The translations under genes were made by a program, and so were the position numbers. 64,000 bases of DNA from a virus. The notes under the pieces were generated by a model that made no database searches, had not been told where the DNA came from, and saw only the letters and a list, made by a program, of their open reading frames with translations. This document shows, piece after piece, positions 57,869 to 64,000 of this stretch (its first letter is position 1; every line of letters begins with the position of its first letter). Where the stretch lies: the IMG/VR virus record IMGVR_UViG_3300029915_000003. One strand, 5' to 3'.

Positions 57869-59804
57869 TAAGAAACCAGTTGCAATAGCCCCCGCAGACC
57901 CTCTTAATCAATCCAAAGAGCGTCGGTATCTGTTTGTTCCTTGCCAATCCAAGAAGGAACTCAAAAACTGGATCCGAGTCTATTTGGGTTTAGATTATCC
58001 AGACGGAAGAGTAGATCCTTCTTCTAATTCAGATCCAATGAGTTTGCTTTGGGAATTATACAGTGCGGCTGTAGATCCAGACAGAGAATGGGAGCGTTTA
58101 TTGGGGTATGCTTCACGATTCTCGTTTAAGACGCTATCCGCCTCTATTTTGGAGTTATTGTTTTTGATCCATCATGGTCGCAACATAGCCCATATGGCTG
58201 CCCTAGAAGCTCAAGCCCAAAACTCTCAAGAATATATCAAGAAGTTCCTTAAATTACCTATATTTAATGGATTCTTATTAAAAGATAACACTCGCGAGCT
58301 ATTCTTTAGTCGTTACTTAGATCCAGTAACAAACATGTCCTTTACCGAAAAGGAAGTACCTCTCCTACCAACAGAAATAAGGGATAGGCTACAAAATTTA
58401 GTAAATTACATTAAAATCATTGTTGCCACTACGGCTTCAGCTAATGGTCTGCACACCAATCTGGTTGTATTGGACGAAGTAGATCTTATAACAAATAAAG
58501 AAGCCTACAATGAAGCAAAACTCATACCAACCGAAGAAAAGGGTTTTAGACCTATAACTTTTTTGACTTCTACCCGTAAATACTCTATTGGTTTAGTCCA
58601 AAAAGAAATAGACGCAGCGGCTGAAACTGGTCTTGAGGTAAGACACTGGAATATTTTAGACGTTACCGAGCGTTGTACAGAGGCTAGACACCAACCAACC
58701 AAAACCAAACTACCTATATATCGTTCTCAGAAACTACTCAAGGCTATTTCAGAAGAAGACTTTGAGCGATTGGATATAGCTTCCAAAGAAAAATACGTAA
58801 AAGATGAAGGGTATTGGGGGTGCTTGAATGAATGTAAGTTATTTGCTGCCTGCAAGGGGAACCTAGTCAAACAAACCAATGGTTCTTCTATATTGAAGTC
58901 TATTGGCCATATTATACAACAGTTCTCTATTAATGACCCAGAGAGAGCTAACGCTCAATTGCTTTGCAATAAACCCTCCAAAGAGGGTATGATTTACCCA
59001 AATCTTGATGCAGAGATCCATTTTAAATCAGCCCAGCAAATTGCCAATATGATTACGGGGGAGGAGTTCCCAGAAAAATACACCCAAAAAGAACTAATAG
59101 GATTGGCTCAATCTCTAGATTGTAGATTCGTGTCTGGTATGGATCATGGCTATACCCATAACTTTGCGGTATGTACTGGATTCATATATGGTAATAAGTT
59201 ATTTATGATTGATTCTTTTGCTGTTCCAGAACTAGAAATAAGCCAAAAGATCAATTTGTGCAACGATCGTATTAAACACCTAGACCCAACTATATATCCA
59301 GACCCAGCCGATCCGGGTTCCAGGAAGACTTTTATTAATCACGGATACAAATGTAAGGAATTCAAAAAAGGTCCCGGTTCTGTATTGGAGGGTATCAATG
59401 CAGTTAGAACCAAACTCATGCCCTCTTTAGGTAGGGAACCAGAGGTTTATTTCATTAAGGACAACGATGGTGTATTGAATTTATTTGGAGATCTATCTAA
59501 ATACCATTGGATCGTAGGTGTAGACGAAAAACCAACAGATGTTCCAGATGACGATAACGATGACAGTGCTGATGCCTTTAGATATCTTATTATGAATGAG
59601 TTTCCACTCAAAAAGAAGAACAGAAACGCTTCGGAAGGCTCCGAATTACCCTATCTTTACCAAGAAAAGCCAATTTCCGAGCCTACTGTTGAGAATTTCA
59701 TCACAAATCGCCTAGAAGCACTGGGAGTTTCACGTTCAAATGAAGATTTAGACCAAAATACCAACAAAAACGACTCCAAGTCTAGCATAAAGTGGAGATT
59801 TTAA
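57861..59804 (+). CDS. terL: terminase large subunit
   Basis: ASRFSFKT (variant Walker A), VVLDEVD, TST, EGMIYP, GMDHG, DPADP, DDSADAFRY; start 57861 or 57846. Confidence 0.9.
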   Translation: MASKKPVAIAPADPLNQSKERRYLFVPCQSKKELKNWIRVYLGLDYPDGRVDPSSNSDPMSLLWELYSAAVDPDREWERLLGYASRFSFKTLSASILELLFLIHHGRNIAHMAALEAQAQNSQEYIKKFLKLPIFNGFLLKDNTRELFFSRYLDPVTNMSFTEKEVPLLPTEIRDRLQNLVNYIKIIVATTASANGLHTNLVVLDEVDLITNKEAYNEAKLIPTEEKGFRPITFLTSTRKYSIGLVQKEIDAAAETGLEVRHWNILDVTERCTEARHQPTKTKLPIYRSQKLLKAISEEDFERLDIASKEKYVKDEGYWGCLNECKLFAACKGNLVKQTNGSSILKSIGHIIQQFSINDPERANAQLLCNKPSKEGMIYPNLDAEIHFKSAQQIANMITGEEFPEKYTQKELIGLAQSLDCRFVSGMDHGYTHNFAVCTGFIYGNKLFMIDSFAVPELEISQKINLCNDRIKHLDPTIYPDPADPGSRKTFINHGYKCKEFKKGPGSVLEGINAVRTKLMPSLGREPEVYFIKDNDGVLNLFGDLSKYHWIVGVDEKPTDVPDDDNDDSADAFRYLIMNEFPLKKKNRNASEGSELPYLYQEKPISEPTVENFITNRLEALGVSRSNEDLDQNTNKNDSKSSIKWRF

Positions 59805-59828
59805 TCGTAAAATAGCCAAAAGGCCCGC

Positions 59829-59835
59829 AATTTTA
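59829..59835 (+). promoter_or_regulatory. putative late promoter motif AATTTTA
   Basis: Motif ends 7 nt before ATG 59843. Confidence 0.5.
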
Positions 59836-59842
59836 AGGAAAT

Positions 59843-60814
59843 ATGGCTACTTTCAACGAACAATCCAATATTCAGTCGTTTTTCGACAACCCCAGAGCTA
59901 TCCCCCAGCAATTTGCCTTTAATACTATTCAAAATATAGTAAATTTACCGGTAAATAATCCCACTGAGGTTAATTTAACCGTTCAGGCTGGATCTACTCT
60001 TTCCGCTTTCAACACATCTGTAGCTACCTCTATAGATAGTACTACTGTTTTTAGTCTTTCTGCCAATCCAATCATCTCTGGTACTTATAGATTTACCAAC
60101 ACGGGAGGTACGGCTCCTGCCTTTAGGACCGATAGGGGTCTTGCTCTTAACGGCCAAACCGCTTCTATTTCAACCAATACAAATGGAAGTGTTACTTTTT
60201 CTATTGTAGCTGGCTCTTTGGCGGCTCTTCAGGTCGGTGATTCTCTATTCATCCCCGGATTGTCCACTGGAGACGCTACGGGACCGTTTAATCCATCAAA
60301 TGAGGGGCTTTGGACGGTTACCTCAACCGGAACCCTATCTGTTACCCTGGTGCGTCCTGGGACGTTCAGTGCGTACTCCCAAGCTGGAGTAGTTATAACC
60401 TCCAACAGTCAAGTCCTCGGGTACTCATCTACCGGTGTTCAAATTGGTAATTTAGTCGATATACTAAGTGGGTTCAACGCTTATACCACAGGTACCTACA
60501 CTGTAAGTCAAGTAACTCCTGGTTGGGTAGAGGTACAATCAGCTCAAGCCCTTCCTCCTCAAACAGGGATTATGCCCGGTGCTTCTGGAATGAATTTTTA
60601 CAGTGGAGCTAAACGCTGGATTAGGGTTCAAGTTAATCAATCAGCCGCCTTACAGTTAAATGGAGATACCACCATAGACACCCGTTTGGATCCAATTGTA
60701 ATACAAGATGGTTCTCAATATGCCTTTATGGAAAAAATAGGTTCTGTATTCAGCCTATCAATTGTAAATCGCTCTCTTTATTCAATGGCAGTACGAATTA
60801 TGAGTTTTGAATAA
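59843..60814 (+). CDS. putative virion structural protein
   Basis: 323 aa Thr/Ser/Gly-rich; LQVGDSLFIPG and VQIGNLVDIL modules resemble the baseplate proteins. Confidence 0.55.
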   Translation: MATFNEQSNIQSFFDNPRAIPQQFAFNTIQNIVNLPVNNPTEVNLTVQAGSTLSAFNTSVATSIDSTTVFSLSANPIISGTYRFTNTGGTAPAFRTDRGLALNGQTASISTNTNGSVTFSIVAGSLAALQVGDSLFIPGLSTGDATGPFNPSNEGLWTVTSTGTLSVTLVRPGTFSAYSQAGVVITSNSQVLGYSSTGVQIGNLVDILSGFNAYTTGTYTVSQVTPGWVEVQSAQALPPQTGIMPGASGMNFYSGAKRWIRVQVNQSAALQLNGDTTIDTRLDPIVIQDGSQYAFMEKIGSVFSLSIVNRSLYSMAVRIMSFE

Positions 60815-60826
60815 AGGATACCTACA

Positions 60827-62767
60827 ATGGCCAAGAAAAAACAACCAGAATTAAATGCCCTGGAAGAGGTTCTGAGTCTAAATAAGACAGAAGTTGGTCC
60901 TCATCTGGGGAAACGCTTAATTACTGCTTTGGAAAATACAGTAGAATCAGATGTTAAATCTGTTAATCGTATAGGTTTTACTGTAGATCCGGTATCTGAG
61001 TCCCAAAATTCTTACTCTACTATTTTCGTATACAAACCCCAATTCCTCTTAAGCGACATAATGCTTAAAAGGGTCGCCAGGGGAGATGAACTTGTAGCTG
61101 CCATAGCTACTGCCCGCTCAAACATGCTTGGTAGCTTTGGAGCACCAAGGGCGGATCGGTTTTCGTTTGGTCATAAAATTGTAATTAAACCAGAACTGGC
61201 CCATGAGTTAGATCAAGACACAAAGGATGGTTTAAAGAAAAAGGTAGACGTTGTTGTTGATAAATTGGTAAAATGCGGTTCAGATCTTAAGGATGGAGAC
61301 CATCTAAGCCTACGAGAGTTCCTGCACATCCAAGCTCGCTCAGCCATTATTTTGGGTAGATTTGCTACGGAGCGCATTTACAGGGATAATCCTTTTACTA
61401 ATAAGAAGGAATTCTTCGCCTTCCGCCCTATAGATGCGGGCACTATATATGTAGCTACCAATCAACAACGGGCAGCAGCTAAGATCCGGGAAGAAGCCCG
61501 CAAGACCCTTAAAAGACTACGTAGGGACAAGCATATAGATGAAACTTTCGAAATAGACCGTTTCGAAAACGATGAATATAAATGGATTCAAGTAATTAAC
61601 AATCAACCCAAACAAGCATTTACTGATGATGAGTGCTGTGTAATTAATTGCTATCCCGTTCAAGACTTTGAGTTGTGCGGGTATCCCTTAACTCCTATAG
61701 ATACGGTTATTTCGGCTATTACCACTCACATTAATATCTCTGTATGGAATAAAGGCTATTTCCAGAACGGAAGAGCCAGCAGGGGTATGTTGGTTATTAA
61801 ATCGGACGATGTTACAGAGCGGGAAGTTGGCTTGATTAGACAGCAATTCCAAGCCTCTATTAATGGGGCCAGCGCAGCCTTCCGTATGCCTGTCTTTGGC
61901 GTTCCTGAAAAGTCGGATATCAACTGGATGCCAATTGATGCTGGCTCTAGGGATATGGAATTTCAATACCTTTCAGACTCCAATGCCCGTACTATCTTGT
62001 CTGCCTTTCAAATCTCTCCGGAAGAAATTCCAGGTCTGGCCCATCTTTCCAGGGGTAGCAGTGCTCAAGACACCTCTGAATCTAATGGCGAATACATGCT
62101 TACCGCTCATAGAGATGTAGGCTTGCGCCCCCTGGTAAACATCTTTGAGACTTTCTTGAATGAACAAATCCTACCCCTTCTAGACGAAGAGGTAGCTCGC
62201 TATTGTACAGTTAAATTACTAGGATTAGAAGCCGATACCGCCGAAAAGGAATCAGTACGATTCCAAACTGACGGCCCCATCCACATGGAGTATGATGAGA
62301 TCCTACAACGGGTAGAGAAACCTACTGTTGGTAAGGAATGGGGAGGTAAATTCCCTCTAAATCCTCAATGGCAGTCAATTATAGATAAATATCTATATGT
62401 GGATGAAATTCGTACACATTTCTTTGGATTGCCCCCAGATCCAAATTTCCACTACGTAAGGGACCCTTATAATTTTCAATTTCTCCAGTTTAATTTCCAA
62501 AAACAACAAATGGAAATGCAAATGAAAATGCAGGAACAAGCAATGGCCGAACAGGGAGCCCAAGCCCCTTCTTCTCCAGCAGGCGGGAGTATGAGCCCCA
62601 CACCCCCTGGAGAAGAAGGAGTGAATGCACAAAACCTACCTAAAACCAAGGATCCCAACTATGTCAATGCCCAAAATGAAAAACCCAATATGGCAGTAAA
62701 TGCCACAGAGGGTCAACTTTCAGAAGCTGCGGGGAAAGCAGGAGAAGCTTTTGGAGCTAAACCCTAA
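60827..62767 (+). CDS. portal protein
   Basis: FRPIDAGTI, GYPLTPI, GYFQNG..RGML, RDMEF, AFQISPEEI, GLRPL; downstream of terL. Confidence 0.9.
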   Translation: MAKKKQPELNALEEVLSLNKTEVGPHLGKRLITALENTVESDVKSVNRIGFTVDPVSESQNSYSTIFVYKPQFLLSDIMLKRVARGDELVAAIATARSNMLGSFGAPRADRFSFGHKIVIKPELAHELDQDTKDGLKKKVDVVVDKLVKCGSDLKDGDHLSLREFLHIQARSAIILGRFATERIYRDNPFTNKKEFFAFRPIDAGTIYVATNQQRAAAKIREEARKTLKRLRRDKHIDETFEIDRFENDEYKWIQVINNQPKQAFTDDECCVINCYPVQDFELCGYPLTPIDTVISAITTHINISVWNKGYFQNGRASRGMLVIKSDDVTEREVGLIRQQFQASINGASAAFRMPVFGVPEKSDINWMPIDAGSRDMEFQYLSDSNARTILSAFQISPEEIPGLAHLSRGSSAQDTSESNGEYMLTAHRDVGLRPLVNIFETFLNEQILPLLDEEVARYCTVKLLGLEADTAEKESVRFQTDGPIHMEYDEILQRVEKPTVGKEWGGKFPLNPQWQSIIDKYLYVDEIRTHFFGLPPDPNFHYVRDPYNFQFLQFNFQKQQMEMQMKMQEQAMAEQGAQAPSSPAGGSMSPTPPGEEGVNAQNLPKTKDPNYVNAQNEKPNMAVNATEGQLSEAAGKAGEAFGAKP

Positions 62768-62994
62768 TAACCTTGAATGGTGCCATCCCCGATATATAAT
62801 TCCCTACCTGCGGTGGTTGTTACCCTGTGGGGGTCGTAGGGATTATTGAATGGATTATAGGTGGTTTCTCCAGCCAAAATCCAAACACTAGGTATATTTT
62901 GTGTGTATTGGGATTGAATTAGTCTCTGACATTCCTCTGCGGTTCCTTCGGCATCAACAATCGTACCGTCTGTTTTGGTTATTTTGATTTTCAT
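62764..62994 (-). CDS. hypothetical protein
   Basis: 76-aa ORF convergent with the portal. Confidence 0.55.
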   Translation of the reverse strand: MKIKITKTDGTIVDAEGTAEECQRLIQSQYTQNIPSVWILAGETTYNPFNNPYDPHRVTTTAGRELYIGDGTIQGY

Positions 62995-63001
62995 AAGTTC
63001 C

Positions 63002-63106
63002 CTAAGCCTCTTCCATATAATAGTTATCTAAAGCGTCGAATTCTTCTTGATTGAATGTATTGTAAAGAGCATCCATCTGATTGGATAATTCTTCCATTTC
63101 ATCCAT
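63002..63106 (-). CDS. possible 34-aa acidic peptide (MDEMEELSNQMDALYNTFNQEEFDALDNYYMEEA)
   Basis: Hand translation; fills the intergenic gap in the same orientation as its neighbours. Confidence 0.4.
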   Translation of the reverse strand: MDEMEELSNQMDALYNTFNQEEFDALDNYYMEEA

Positions 63107-63158
63107 ATCCTCGCTTTGATTGGATTTATTTAATAAATTAATATACTTTACAACCTTG

Positions 63159-63617
63159 TCAGGGTAAGACATTGTGCGCTCCTATATACATTTGGGATAA
63201 TACTGATTTAACCTTATTTCTGCCAGATAGAACCCTTATGTAGGGTATAAATAGGGATTCTATGACTAATTCTTTTGATGGTAGGTGCTTATCACCCTGG
63301 TCTCGCTCACCACAAGCCATACTTATATTTAACTTGATTTCTGGAGTAAAATCTAGGTGAAACTCATCGTTGTCTATATCTAGACGTTCGGATGTTTCAT
63401 ATATAATATTCATGCTCAAACACAAGGTATGGTCTCCAGACTTTTCCAGCACTCCATACCCAATAATCCTATCATCATATCCAAGGATTTTAATTAAATC
63501 AGAGTTAAACTTTGTAACGTAAGTTACATTTATACCAAATTCATTAAAAGGAATGACTATATTCCTCATTTCTTTGATTTTGGCTCTAGATAGGTCGAAG
63601 GCTTCGTTGGAGTTCAT
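63159..63617 (-). CDS. hypothetical protein
   Basis: 152-aa ORF. Confidence 0.55.
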   Translation of the reverse strand: MNSNEAFDLSRAKIKEMRNIVIPFNEFGINVTYVTKFNSDLIKILGYDDRIIGYGVLEKSGDHTLCLSMNIIYETSERLDIDNDEFHLDFTPEIKLNISMACGERDQGDKHLPSKELVIESLFIPYIRVLSGRNKVKSVLSQMYIGAHNVLP

Positions 63618-63620
63618 TGG

Positions 63621-63875
63621 TTACACGTAGTTTTTAGTGGTTTCATTTAACACATTGATATCTACATCTGGATTGGGAAGTAATTTAGCTATAATTTGAA
63701 CTATTAGATCTACTTCTTGCTGAAAGATAGCATCCTTTTCCAAATCTTTCAACAGGTCGGTACGTATGTAGTCTGGATCTACTTCTCCCAGGAAGGTGAC
63801 AGCATCCAACGGAAACCCTTCCTTGATAGCCCTGGCAGCTAAAACAACCAAGGTCAAATTGTAATCTCCATACAA
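63621..63875 (-). CDS. hypothetical protein (may extend upstream)
   Basis: 84-aa ORF with TTG start near the window edge. Confidence 0.45.
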   Translation of the reverse strand: MYGDYNLTLVVLAARAIKEGFPLDAVTFLGEVDPDYIRTDLLKDLEKDAIFQQEVDLIVQIIAKLLPNPDVDINVLNETTKNYV

Positions 63876-64000
63876 AATGGAACCCTCCAGATACCCTTCT
63901 TGTAGTTGTTTGAAGATAATTTGGTTTAATTCTTGCTTTGTTTCTAGTTCTTTACGGCTCTTGGTGAAGGGGACTATATCTTTTAGTATTTTTAGTATAT

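Noticed and set aside
208-62658. Many 60-160 aa ORFs antisense or out of frame within long genes (e.g. 1082..1483, 9260..9565, 32337..32681, 48209..48682)
   Set aside because: Shadow ORFs with no motifs or initiation signals, unlike 54077..55024, which has a clear nuclease signature.
1-64000. Alternative genetic code or suppressor tRNA
   Set aside because: Long conserved genes are intact under the standard code, TAA, TAG and TGA all end genes, and the two tRNAs have ordinary CCA (Trp) and GTT (Asn) anticodons.

Overview
This window is a segment of a large, AT-rich, contractile-tailed dsDNA phage (large or jumbo myovirus-like). It reads with the standard genetic code. I saw no integrase, CRISPR array or recognisable endolysin. 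Layout: (i) 254-19882 (+) is the tail and baseplate module: chaperones, tape measure, hub, spike, a LysM/gp25-type fusion protein, a giant baseplate J-like protein, wedge proteins and a fibre. (ii) 19885-50110 (-) holds replication, recombination, nucleotide metabolism and protein quality control: Def, ClpP, DnaB-like helicase, intein-containing primase, RecA/UvsX, UvsY-like, SSB, DnaE, phosphoesterases, intein-containing class II RNR, RuvC, SbcC, GroEL, an AAA ATPase, tRNA-Trp, tRNA-Asn and a candidate ~150-nt structured RNA. (iii) ~50150-50690 is a non-coding strand-switch region with repeats and divergent promoters, a candidate origin. (iv) 50691-62767 (+) holds a kinase-like gene, UvsW-like helicase, sigma factor, GroES-like gene, SbcD, terminase and portal. 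The most striking element is the sigma70-family gene. It carries a 408-aa intein whose interior is double-coded: the intein frame stays open but looks like filler, while the +1 frame encodes a complete 315-aa Vsr/DUF559-like endonuclease. This sigma lacks region 4.2, a separate small sigma4-like protein is encoded at 35946-36248, and an AATTTTA motif precedes several structural genes. Together these suggest a T4 gp55/gp33-like late transcription system that depends on protein splicing. All calls come from motif recognition by eye; no database searches were run.
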